Of a stretch of 64,000 nucleotides of DNA, positions 50,558 to 62,000 are shown in pieces (within the stretch, counting starts at the first letter, position 1; each line of letters opens with the position of its first letter). The position numbers were made by a program, and so were the translations under genes. Below the pieces are notes generated by a model. That model was not told the origin of the DNA and made no database searches. It worked only from the letters and a program-made list of their open reading frames with translations. The stretch lies in NCBI GenBank assembly GCA_965203445.1, contig OZ241883.1, positions 2,176,001 to 2,240,000 of the forward strand, written 5' to 3'. This DNA comes from Candidatus Oxydemutator sp. GTDB taxonomy: Bacteria; Pseudomonadota; Gammaproteobacteria; Poriferisulfidales; Oxydemutatoraceae.

Positions 50558-50633
50558 TCCCCGATAGCTCAGTTGGTAGAGCGGGTGACTGTTAATCACT
50601 AGGTCGGCGGTTCGAGCCCGTCTCGGGGAGCCA
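50558..50633 (+). tRNA. tRNA-Asn(GTT)
   Basis: TCCCCGATAGCTCAGTTGGTAGAGCGGGTGACT-GTT-AATCACTAGGTCGGCGGTTCGAGCCCGTCTCGGGGAGCCA. Confidence 0.97.
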
Positions 50634-50707
50634 GATTGGCGAAAGCGCACGCTTTGCCCTCAGGCCGATACATCGGCACCCGTGTAAGAACACGGCGACG
50701 ACAAAAA

Positions 50708-51601
50708 ATGACCGACGTGAAACCACTCCCTAAGATAAAAGAACTTCTGTTCCCGACACTGAAGGCCATCAAAAAAGAAGGTGGTTCTGCGACCAAATCA
50801 GAGTTGGAGAAAACCGTTCCCGAGATTGCCGGAATCAGCGAAGCACAACTCGAAGTAAAGTTTCCGCAAGGATCTGCACATGAGGGACGCCCCAAGATTC
50901 TTTACAAGATCGGGTGGGTCCTTACGCAACTCAAAAAGTTGGAGGCGGTAAACAACAGCGAACGCGGGGTCTGGTCGGCCACTTCCACGGGACTCGAATA
51001 CCTGGCAGATGAGAATAAACTGATAAAAGACTACAAGGCATTAAAAACTAAGCGGAACAAGTTGTATAAGTTAAGAAAAAACCAGATTGGACAGACAGAA
51101 GATCAAGAAGACAACATAGAAGACGACGAGGCGGAAGATGGCTGGAAGAACAGCCTGCTGAAGACACTGAAGAACATAGCCCCGGATGCATTCGAGCGCC
51201 TCACGATGCGCATCCTCAAAGAGGCCGGGTTTCGCAACGTCGAGGTCCTGGGCAAGTCGGGCGATCAGGGCATAGATGGCGTCGGCACGTATAAGGTGTC
51301 ATTGGTGAGCTTCCCGACGTACTTTCAGTGCAAGCGCTATTTCGGCAGCGTCTCCGCCGGCGCCGTCAGAGACTTTCGCGGCGCCATGGCCGGCCGAGGC
51401 GACAAAGGCATACTCATCACCACCGGGACCTTCACCTCCTCTGCAAGGTCGGAAGCAAACAAACCCGGCGCGCCACCCATAGACCTGATTGACGGCGACG
51501 AATTGTGCGATCTGCTGGTCGAATACGAAATCGGAGTTCGCGTAGAACAACGAACCGTCAAGGACATCACCGTCGACAAAGGCTTTTTCGAGAGCGTCTG
51601 A
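50708..51601 (+). CDS. mrr: Mrr-family (type IV) restriction endonuclease
   Basis: Mrr_N wHTH (...W..T.LK...RGVW..T..G) and Mrr_cat FE.L...G..GD.GIDG...QCKRY...V..VRDF.GA...ITT..F...A...IDLIDG. Confidence 0.92.
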   Translation: MTDVKPLPKIKELLFPTLKAIKKEGGSATKSELEKTVPEIAGISEAQLEVKFPQGSAHEGRPKILYKIGWVLTQLKKLEAVNNSERGVWSATSTGLEYLADENKLIKDYKALKTKRNKLYKLRKNQIGQTEDQEDNIEDDEAEDGWKNSLLKTLKNIAPDAFERLTMRILKEAGFRNVEVLGKSGDQGIDGVGTYKVSLVSFPTYFQCKRYFGSVSAGAVRDFRGAMAGRGDKGILITTGTFTSSARSEANKPGAPPIDLIDGDELCDLLVEYEIGVRVEQRTVKDITVDKGFFESV

Positions 51602-51865
51602 AGAGCATTTGCAAAGAACAAACGGCCTTTTATTTGGCGAGTACCCTGCAAGAAACATTCTACGGAAATAGAATAGAAATTCTCCCAATGTCAGCGGGAC
51701 TAATACTAATGTAGGGGGAAGGTCAGTCAAACTGAATTGCAATTAAGGTCCGCACGAACGGGTACTGGTGTTTTAACTGTAAATAGGCGCTGAGAAGCAC
51801 TTCGCCGACTCAATAGTTGACTAGGCACTTATAGCACCGAACATAGCCCAAGTACAAAATCTATT

Positions 51866-52401
51866 TCAGCTCTGCTCGTTATCAACAACCAGAACAGGGT
51901 CCGACTCCGTTTCCATTTTAATTTTTGACTTCTCACGCTGTTTCGTTGCTTTTGCCACTTGCTTTATGCGCTTTTTAGCTTCGTCGCTTTCAATCAAATC
52001 GCGTTTGATAACTTCATCAGCTATCATTTCCTTGATTTCATCCGCTCCAACCTTCAAGCCCGCCTTTATTTTTCGGACTTCTCTTCGGATTATATTTATC
52101 ACCGGTTCCGTCAATAAAACTGCGCCGACGGTATAACGGTTTACTGATTGCCTATATTCATAAAACTCAGTTATTACATCTTTTGCCACACCACGTTTGC
52201 ACAACAGAAAAAGCATTTGCTGATGGTCGCCATTTTTCGGATTTAACTCAAGAAAATCAAAAGCAAGCAGCTTTTTGCTCTGTACTTTTCCATCGCAATC
52301 AACCCTATGGATTTCCCAGTTTATTCCATTCGTCAACATCGCCCATTTAATTCCTCCCTTAGGCGCTTGACAGTTGTTGCGGGGACATTAGTGTTGGCCA
52401 T
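51866..52401 (-). pseudogene. Internally deleted HSDR_N-type restriction nuclease gene
   Basis: GGAGG RBS and MANTNVPATTVKRL... joined out of frame to GIKWAMLTNGINWEI...; the catalytic D..E.K segment is absent. Confidence 0.65.
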
Positions 52402-52539
52402 AGTTCCTCCAATCCATAATTTTGTTTATGCCAAAAAGCCACTTCCCAAGAGAAGCTTTTGGCTTCCATTGAAATGAATACTCTCCTGACATCTCTTACT
52501 ATGACCAGAGTCACAGTCGTCGGGAGAAATTCCATTCTA

Positions 52540-52783
52540 TCAGGCTGTCGTCTCCCAAAGCGTCTGCGACGGCACGGCATACAGTCTGTCGCCGAAAGGC
52601 AGGAGCCTCTCGCCGTTATACACCAGCACCCCGCCCGCGAAACGTTCGCCCGTTGCGTCCCTGAGTTTGCGCAGTCCGCGAAAGTCGGACTTTGTGACTG
52701 TGGCAGACGTCTTCACCTCCACCCCCGCCAAGCCGTCGCGCCGCGCTCTATCACGATGTCCACTTCCGTACCGCCCCTGTCCC
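52540..52783 (-). pseudogene. C-terminal fragment of an AAA+/DUF4143 ATPase-nuclease
   Basis: DRGGTEVDIVIERG, then a frameshift, then LAGVEVK.SATV...DFRGLRKL...F..G.L.Y.GE...PFG....AVP..LW. Confidence 0.75.
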
Positions 52784-52911
52784 CATCCGCCATCCGGCGG
52801 CGACGGCCTTGCACCAAGCCGGCGACGGCGTCAACCAAGCCATGGCCGGCGACGCCAACCAGGCCACAACTTCCCCCCATACCATCCCGCCCCTCTCTCT
52901 ATAATGCCGCC

Positions 52912-53007
52912 ATGCCGCTGAACAAAGCGGATACGCGGGCCAAGCTGATTGACCCCGCCCTGCACCGGAAAAGACTACGACCGGGCGATTGGACGCGAAC
53001 CCGGTGA
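52912..53007 (+). pseudogene. 5' fragment of a type I restriction HsdR, followed by a TPR-like scrap
   Basis: MPLNKADTRAKLIDPALH matches the N-terminus of EcoAI-like HsdR; downstream frames contain DYDRAI and YYNRGIA pieces. Confidence 0.6.
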
Positions 53008-53056
53008 TGCGGACGCCCTACTACAACCGCGGAATTGCCAAAGCCAAGCGGGGCGA

Positions 53057-56000
53057 CTAACGGACGGCGCAGGCGAGGGGCAGAGTGTTTCCGATCTTAT
53101 TCAGAATGATATAACGGCGGTCCGCCGAGAGCACCTCGCCGTCAAAGTCCAAATCGGCGTCTATCGCGTAGCCGTTGCCGGAGACCGCCCGGTAGTGCCG
53201 CCTGCCTATAGTCTCAAGGTTGCTCGCCCGGATCGCGGCCTCGTCGTCGGCGTCCACGTCATTGTCACCGTCGGTATCCCCGGCAAACATCGCATAGCGA
53301 CCGCCGGCCAACGGCGCCTGGCAGTTCTGGTGCGACGGCTGGAGCCGGAAGTCCACGCAATAATCGGCACCGGCGCCGGCGTCGCAGGCGACGGCCGTGG
53401 CCGTCGCCATCACCGACAAATGATTGCGGTGGTGGATCAGCACGTACAAATCCTCGCTCGCGCTATCTATGCCTGCGCCAAAAAGCACACCCTCGGTTCG
53501 CAGCGCGTCACCATTCAGGCCGTCCACGCCGACTATCGTGCCGTCGCCCAACAACAACGCCGCCTGGCGCGCCAACGGTGTGACGGCGGCCGCGGCGCCG
53601 GCGTGTCGCGGCGTCTTTCTCAACTCCACCAGTACCCAATCCACGACCGTGTCGGTAACGCCGGACAAGCCGAAATCACCGGCACTCATCCCCGGCACCG
53701 TTATCTGCGGCGCGTTCCACGGCGCCGTCCCGTAGGGCGAACTCGCCGGCAGATACTCGATCAACCGGGTTCTCATGCGATCGCCGCCGGCGTACGCGCC
53801 CTGCAAATATACGTGCGCGGACACCACGGAAATCCTGTCGCGTATGCCGACCTGCGACGCCGCCGGCACTCCTATTTCCGCGAACAGGCCGCAATTCCGG
53901 CAGCCCGTCAGCCGCAAACGAAACTGCTCGCCGCTTTCACCCGGCGTATCGTCGCCAGCCACCCGCACCGATACTCTCGCGATATCGCCGACGCCCACCG
54001 TTACGCTCCCGGTAACCGGCAGCGCGACCACCCGCACACTGGTAACGCCGCCGCGATCCATTGCGGTCACGCTCTGCAAGTCGGCGGGCGTCAAACCTTC
54101 GGAGACGGCGGTAATCTCATATTCCACGGTCACGGCGCCATCGCCGGCACCGACGCCCACCAGCCTCACCATAAACGTCGCAGTAGCACCCTCGTCCACC
54201 GTAGCGGACGCCGCCGCCACCGTCACTCGGAGATCTCCATTGGCCGCTATCGTCGTTTGCACGACGGAACCTCGACCCAAACTCGCGTTGTCGGCGTTCC
54301 CGCTAAGCACCGCGTCGCCCAACGACACCTCGAAAACCTCCTCCGGTTCGGAGAAACCGTCCACGGCCACCGCCAACGAGAACGACGCGCTGCTGCGACC
54401 CGGTGCGATGACCACGTTTCCTCTGGTCGTGTCGTCAAAGTCATCGGCACCGACCACACCGCCGTCCACCGCCCAACTCCAACTCGCGGTCACGCCCAAC
54501 GGCAACGCCCGCTCCAAACTCACCACGTAGCTCGCCCTCTCCCCTTCCGACACGGCCCTGCTCCCATCTAATACAGGCGTCAGACTTATCCTCGTTTGAC
54601 TCGAATACTGCGCTTGTACGGTGGCTGTGGTTCGGCCCTGGCGCAATACCGGATATTGGAACGGACTGCCAAAGTCCCACGGCGCGTCGTCGTTCAAGTC
54701 GCGGTCGCCGCCCTGATCCACGCCGTCCACGTTCAACTTGTCCCAACCAGCGTAGATGCCCATAGCCGTCGTCGGGCCGCGCAACTCGGCTGACGTCCTG
54801 GACGACCGATACGGCAGCGACGCGCCTGAACCGCAACATGACGATAGCCCGCTGCGCTCCGTGTCGAAGTAGCTTGACTGGATCTCGCCGCCGTCGGCAC
54901 GCCATCCCGCCAACCCCCCCGTCACGCCGCCGCGCGCCGAAGGCTTCCCGATAGAGTAACTCGCGCTCACGACACCAGAATCGGCCAGAGCGCTCACCAA
55001 GCCCCCGGATAGGGCTTCGTCGCTGTTGTACTTCGCGTGCGCTTCTACGTTCGCGTAGCAGGCTATCACCGCTCCTTCATTCGTACCCACCAACCCGCCC
55101 GCGCCATAACCGGTTTTCACGCTGCCACCCACCACGTAGCTCGCCGCTATCCTGCCTTTGTTGATACCCGCCAACGCGCCCGCAACCACGGAGCGATCCG
55201 TCAAGTCCACCTCCACGTCCCTGAGGCCCGTGTTGCGGATCATCCCCCCGGCACCCAAGATGCCGAACAAGCCCACGTTATCCAATCTCGACCCCAAAAC
55301 GATTCTCATGCCGCTTATCACAAAACCGTTGCCCTCGAACGTCCCCGTGTATTCGTCGCCGGCGCCGTTGCCTCTGTTGGCAACGCCACCGCCCAACGGC
55401 TGCCACTCCACACCCGACAAATCCAGGTCATTCGACAATTCGTAGCCCCTGCAATCGCCCGCACACGTCTCGGCCTCGTCGAAAAACGAAAATGCCTCCT
55501 CGTAAGCAGCCTCGCCTTCATCATCCACGCCGCGCAAACCTTCGCCGCCCAAGTCATGGCGGATCGCCGCCAACTGCGACGTCGTCGCAACGTTTATCAG
55601 ATTATTGCCGTCGGCGTCGTAATTTCTCCCATTCGAGGCGATGACGCTGACGACCGCGGAACTGGCGACACCCAAATGCACGTTGTCCGGGCCTCGCAAA
55701 TCGCTTAGCCTCACTCGATACGTCTCTCTCCGCTCCAGCGTCCCGTCCTGCGCTATCCGGATACTGAAAACCGCGCTGTTGGTATTGACCAGGGTTACCG
55801 TCCCTCTCGTCGAACTGGCAAAATCGGACGCCTCGGCGTGGCCGGCGCCGGAGCCGGTCAATTCCACCGACCAACTCATCGTCACCACGACGCTGCCGCC
55901 GGCATCCAATTCCACCGCGTACCTTACCGTCGAACCTTCCGCTGCCACAGCGTCGCTTCGCTGCGACAGCGTCACCGATATCGGCGACAGCAAGCGCCGC

Positions 56001-59000
56001 TGCACACCGGCAGCGGTGGTGTTGCCGTCGGGATAACGCGCGCTCACGCCGCGCAACACCGGATACTCCAAATCGCTCCCGAAATCCCACGGGCCGTCAT
56101 CGTTCAACGTCACAACGCCCATGGCCGTGCTCGCCGCGTCGTCCACGTTCAACTCGTCCCAACCGGTATAGATGCCGACCGCCGTGGTCGGAATCCTCAA
56201 CTGGGCGGACGTCCTCGACGTATCCGCGTCAAACGACGGCATGTCCTGGCCGCAGCATGAAGCCTGCCCGCTGCGCACCCTGTCAAAGTAGCTTGCCTGA
56301 ACGTCATATCTGACGGCGTCGGGCTCATTACGCCCCCCCCCCAACAAGCCACCCCTTAAGATGCTTCCGCCGTATTCTCCCCCTGTCACCATACCAATGG
56401 AGTAACTGGCGCTCACCACCGAACCTATACCGGCTTCGCCTATCAAACCACCCGATCTGTGCACAATCGCATGCACTTCCACGTCCGCGTAACTCGCTAT
56501 TACCGTGCCACTATTGATACCCACCAGACCGCCCGCCGAAAAGACGCCTCCTACGCTGCCGCCTATCACCCAACTCGCCGCCACTTTGCCGTGGTTACGA
56601 CCCACCAAGGCGCCCGTATAATAACTGCCGCCCCACACTCTTACGCTCACGTCCCTAAGACCCACGTTGCGGATTGTGCCGACGTCGCTTGTGCCACCAA
56701 ACAACCCCGCGTGATGCAACCGTGACGACGGCCTGTGAATACGCAATTTGCTTATGACGTGGCCGTTGCCTTCAAAAACAGCGGTGTAATACGCTATCGG
56801 ATCGCCGCCCCCTATCGGCGTCCAGTTCTCTATGCCCGACAAGTCCAGGTCGTTCAACAATTCGTAGCCCTTGCAATCGCCCGCACACGTCGCGACCTCG
56901 TCGAAAAACGGAAACGCCTCTTCGTAAGCAGCCCTGTCTTCATCATCCACGCCGCGCAAACCTTCGCCGCCCAAGTCATGGCGGATCGCCGCCAACTGCG
57001 ACGTCGTCGAAACGTCTATCAGATTATTGCCGTCGGCGTCGTAATTTCTCCCATCCGGGGCGATGACGCTGACGACCGCGGAACTGGCGACACCCAAATG
57101 CACGTTGTCCGGGCCTCGCAAATCGCTTAACCTCACTCGATACGTCTCTCTCCGATCCGGCGTCCCGTCCTGCGCTATCCGTATACTGAAAACCGCGCTG
57201 TCGGTATTGACCAGGGCCACCGTCCCTCTCGTCGAATCGGCAAAATCGGACGCCTCGGCGTGGCCGGCGCCGGAACCGGTCAATTCCACCGACCAACTCA
57301 TCGTCACCACGACGCTGCCGACGGCATCCAATTCCACCACGTACCTTACCGTCGAACCTTCCGCTACCACAGCGTCGCTTCGCTGCGACAGCGTCACCGA
57401 TACCGGCGGCAGCAAGCGCCGCTGCACGCCGGCAGCGGTGGTGTTGCCACCGGGATAACGCGCGCTCACGCCACGCAACGCCGGATACTCCAAATCGCTC
57501 CCGAAATCCCACGGGCTGTCATCGTTCAACGTCACAACGCCCATGGCCGTGCTCGCCGCGTCGTCCACGTTCAACTTGTCCCAACCGCTATAGATGCCGA
57601 CCGCCGTGGTCGGAGCCCTCAACTGGGCGGACGTCCTCGACGTATCCGCGTCATACGACGGCACGTTCTGGCCGCAGCACGAAGTCTGCCCGCTGCGCAC
57701 CCTGTCAAAGTAGCTTGCCTGAACGTCATATTTGTCGGCGTCGGTTTCATTACGCCCCCCCAACAAGCCGCCCCGTAAGGTGCTTCCATCGTATGTCCCC
57801 CCTGTCACCATACCAATGGAGTAACTGGCGCTCACCACCGAACCTATACCGGCTTCGCCTATCAGACCACCCGATCCGTGTTCATCCGCATGCACTTCCA
57901 CGTCCGCGTAACTCGCTATTACCGTGCCATAATTGGCACCCGCCAAACCGCCCGCCGACCAGACACCTTCTACGCTGCCGCCTACCACGTAACTCGCCGC
58001 CACTTTGCCGTGGTTACGGCCCACCAAGGCGCCCGTATAAAAACTGCCGCCCCCCACTCTTACGTTCACGTCCCTAAGACCCACGTTGCGGATTGTGCCG
58101 ACGTCGCTTGTGCCACCAAACAACCCCGCGTGATGCAACCGTGACGACGGCCTGTGAATACGCAATTTGCTTATGACGTGACCGTTGCCTTCAAAAACAG
58201 CGGTGTAATACGCTATCGGATCGCCCCCCCCTATCGGCGTCCAGTTCTCTATGCCCGACAAATCTACGTCGTTCAACAATTCGTAGCCCTTGCAACCGCC
58301 CGCACACGTCGCGACCTCGTCGAAAAACGGAAACGCCTCTTCGTAAGCAGCCCTGTCTTCATCATCCACGCCACGCAAACCTTCGCCGCCCAAGTCATGG
58401 CGGATCGCCGCCAACTGCGACGTCGTCGAAACGTCTATCAGATTATTGCCGTCGGCGTCGTAATTTCTCCCATCCGGGGCGATGACGCTGACGACCGCGG
58501 AACTGGCGACATCCAAACGCACGTTGTCCGGACCTCGCAAATCGCTTAGCCTCACTCGATACGTCTCTCTCCGATCCGGCGTCCCGTCCCGCGCTATCCG
58601 TATACTGAAAACCGCGCTGTCGGTATTGACCAGGGCCACCGTCCCTCTCGTCGAATCGGCAAAATCGGACGCCTCGGCGTGGCCGACGCCGGAACCGGTC
58701 AATTCCACCGACCAACTCATCGTCACCACGGCGCTGACGCCGGCATCCCATTCCACCGCGTACCTTACCGTCGAACCTTCCGCTACCACAGCGTCGCCTC
58801 GCTGCGACAACGCCACCAATACCGGCGACTGCAAGCGCCACTGCACGCCGGTAGCGGTGGTGTTGCCGTGGGGATAGCGCGCGCTCACGCCACGCAACAC
58901 CGGATATTGGAACGGACTGCCAAAATCCCACGGGCTGTCATCGTTCAACGTCACAACGCCCATAGCCGTGCTCGCCACGCCGTCCACGTTCAACTTGTCC

Positions 59001-62000
59001 CAACCATCGTAGATGCCCGTCGCCGTGGTCGGCTCGCGCAACTTCCCCACACTCCTGGCCGGCGACCCCGGCACACCCACGCCACCCCCGCCCCAACCGC
59101 CGACGTCGCCGGCATAGTAACTGCTCTGGATCACGTCATGTCTATGTCTATCACCGCTTCCCTCGTTGAAACCTACCACACCGCCAACTCTCGTTGCAGC
59201 CGGACTGTAGGGCAGCCGCTTCAACCGGGAGCGCGCATAACTCGCTATGATCCTGCCGCCACGGTTCCAACCCACCAGACCACCAGCCCGATCTCTTCGC
59301 ACTGCCACGGTCACGTCGGCGTAAGAAGCGACGATCTCCTCTCTATTCTCATTCCTCTCATTCCTGCCCGTCAGACCGCCTACACCATAAAAGCCCCTCA
59401 CCATACCGCCCACCACGTAGCTCGCCGCCACCTGGCCGAAGTTGGCACCCACCAGCGCACCCACCCAGAAGCTGATCGACTCGGCCACGTCGACGTTCAC
59501 GTTCACCAGACCCACGTTGCGGACGACACCGTCGGAACCCAGAACACCGAACAAACCCACGGAATTCAAGTTCCTGACCGTACTCGACAAATGCAAACGT
59601 TCGATGACGTGGCCGTTACCCTCAAAGACCGCGTTGTAGCGATTCCCGGGCGGATTGGCAAACGGGCCGAGTACGCGCCCGCCCCCTATCGGCGTCCAGT
59701 TGACGCCGGACAGGTCTATGTCGTTCAACAGTTCATAACCTTTGCAAGTGCCGGGACAACCCATGCCCTGCACGGCGTCGGGAAACGCAGCGCCATAGGC
59801 GGCGGCGGCGGCGTTGCCGGCGCCCGCCAGATCGTGGGCGATGGCCTGCAACTGCGTCGAGGTCTCGACGTCTATCAAATTGTTGTCATTCACGTCATAG
59901 TCGACGCCCCCAGGATGCACTTCCGCGGTGGCTGTGGTTCGGCCCTGGCGCAATACCGGATATTGGAACGGACTGCCAAAGTCCCACGGCGCGTCGTCGT
60001 TCAAGTCGCGGTCGCCGCCCTGATCCACGCCGTCCACGTTCAACTTGTCCCAACCAGCGTAGATGCCCATAGCTGTCGTCGGGCCGCGCAACTCGGCCGA
60101 CGTCCTGGACGACCGATACGGCAGCGACGCGCCTGAACCGCAACATGACGATAGCCCGCTGCGCTCCGTGTCGAAGTAGCTTGACTGGATCTCGCCGCCG
60201 TCGGCACGCCATCCCGCCAACCCCCCCGTCACGCCGCCGCGCGCCGAAGGCTTCCCGATAGAGTAACTCGCGCTCACGACACCAGAATCGGCCAGAGCGC
60301 TCACCAAGCCCCCGGATAGGGCTTCGTCGCTGTTGTACTTCGCGTGCGCTTCTACGTTCGCGTAGCAGGCTATCACCGCTCCTTCATTCGTACCCACCAA
60401 CCCGCCCGCGCCATAACCGGTTTTCACGCTGCCACCCACCACGTAGCTCGCCGCTATCCTGCCTTTGTTGATACCCGCCAACGCGCCCGCAACCACGGAG
60501 CGATCCGTCAAGTCCACCTCCACGTCCCTGAGGCCCGTGTTGCGGATCATCCCCCCGGCACCCAAGATGCCGAACAAGCCCACGTTATCCAATCTCGACC
60601 CCAAAACGATTCTCATGCCGCTTATCACAAAACCGTTGCCCTCGAACGTCCCCGTGTATTCGTCGCCGGCGCCGTTGCCTCTGTTGGCAACGCCACCGCC
60701 CAACGGCTGCCACTCCACACCCGACAAATCCAGGTCATTCGACAATTCGTAGCCCCTGCAATCGCCCGCACACGTCTCGGCCTCGTCGAAAAACGAAAAT
60801 GCCTCCTCGTAAGCAGCCTCGCCTTCATCATCCACGCCGCGCAAACCTTCGCCGCCCAAGTCATGGCGGATCGCCGCCAACTGCGACGTCGTCGCAACGT
60901 TTATCAGATTATTGCCGTCGGCGTCGTAATTTCTCCCATTCGAGGCGATGACGCTGACGACCGCGGAACTGGCGACACCCAAATGCACGTTGTCCGGGCC
61001 TCGCAAATCGCTTAGCCTCACTCGATACGTCTCTCTCCGCTCCGGCGTCCCGTCCTGCGCTATCCGTATACTGAAAACCGCGCTGTTGGTATTGACCAGG
61101 GCTACCGTCCCTCTCGTCGAACTGGCAAAATCGGACGCCTCGGCGTGGCCGGCGCCGGAGCCGGTCAATTCCACCGACCAACTCATCGTCACCACGACGC
61201 TGCCGCCGGCATCCAATTCCACCGCGTACCTTACCGTCGAACCTTCCGCTGCCACAGCGTCGCTTCGCTGCGACAGCGTCACCGATATCGGCGACAGCAA
61301 GCGCCGCTGCACACCGGCAGCGGTGGTGTTGCCGTCGGGATAACGCGCACTCACGCCGCGCAACACCGGATACTCCAAATCGCTCCCGAAATCCCACGGG
61401 CCGTCATCGTTCAACGTCACAACGCCCATGGCCGTGCTCGCCGCGTCGTCCACGTTCAACTTGTCCCAACCGGTATAGATGCCGACCGCCGTGGTCGGAA
61501 TCCTCAACTGGGCGGACGTCCTCGACGTATCCGCGTCATACGACGGCATGTCCTGGCCGCAGCATGAAGCCTGCCCGCTGCGCACCCTGTCAAAGTAGCT
61601 TGCCTGAACGTCATATCTGACGGCGTCGGGTTCATTACGCCCCCCCCCCAACAAGCCACCCCTTAAGATGCTTCCGCCGTATTCTCCCCCTGTCACCATA
61701 CCAATGGAGTAACTGGCGCTCACCACCGAACCTATACCGGCTTCGCCTATCAAACCACCCGATCTGTGCACAATCGCATGCACTTCCACGTCCGCGTAAC
61801 TCGCTATTACCGTGCCACTATTGATACCCACCAGACCGCCCGCCGACCAGACCCCTCCTACGCTGCCGCCTATCACCCAACTCGCCGCCACTTTGCCGTG
61901 GTTACGACCCACCAAGGCGCCCGTATAAATACTGCTGCCCCACACTCTTACGCTCACGTCCCTTAGGCCCACGTTGCGGATTGTGCCGACGTCGCTTGTG

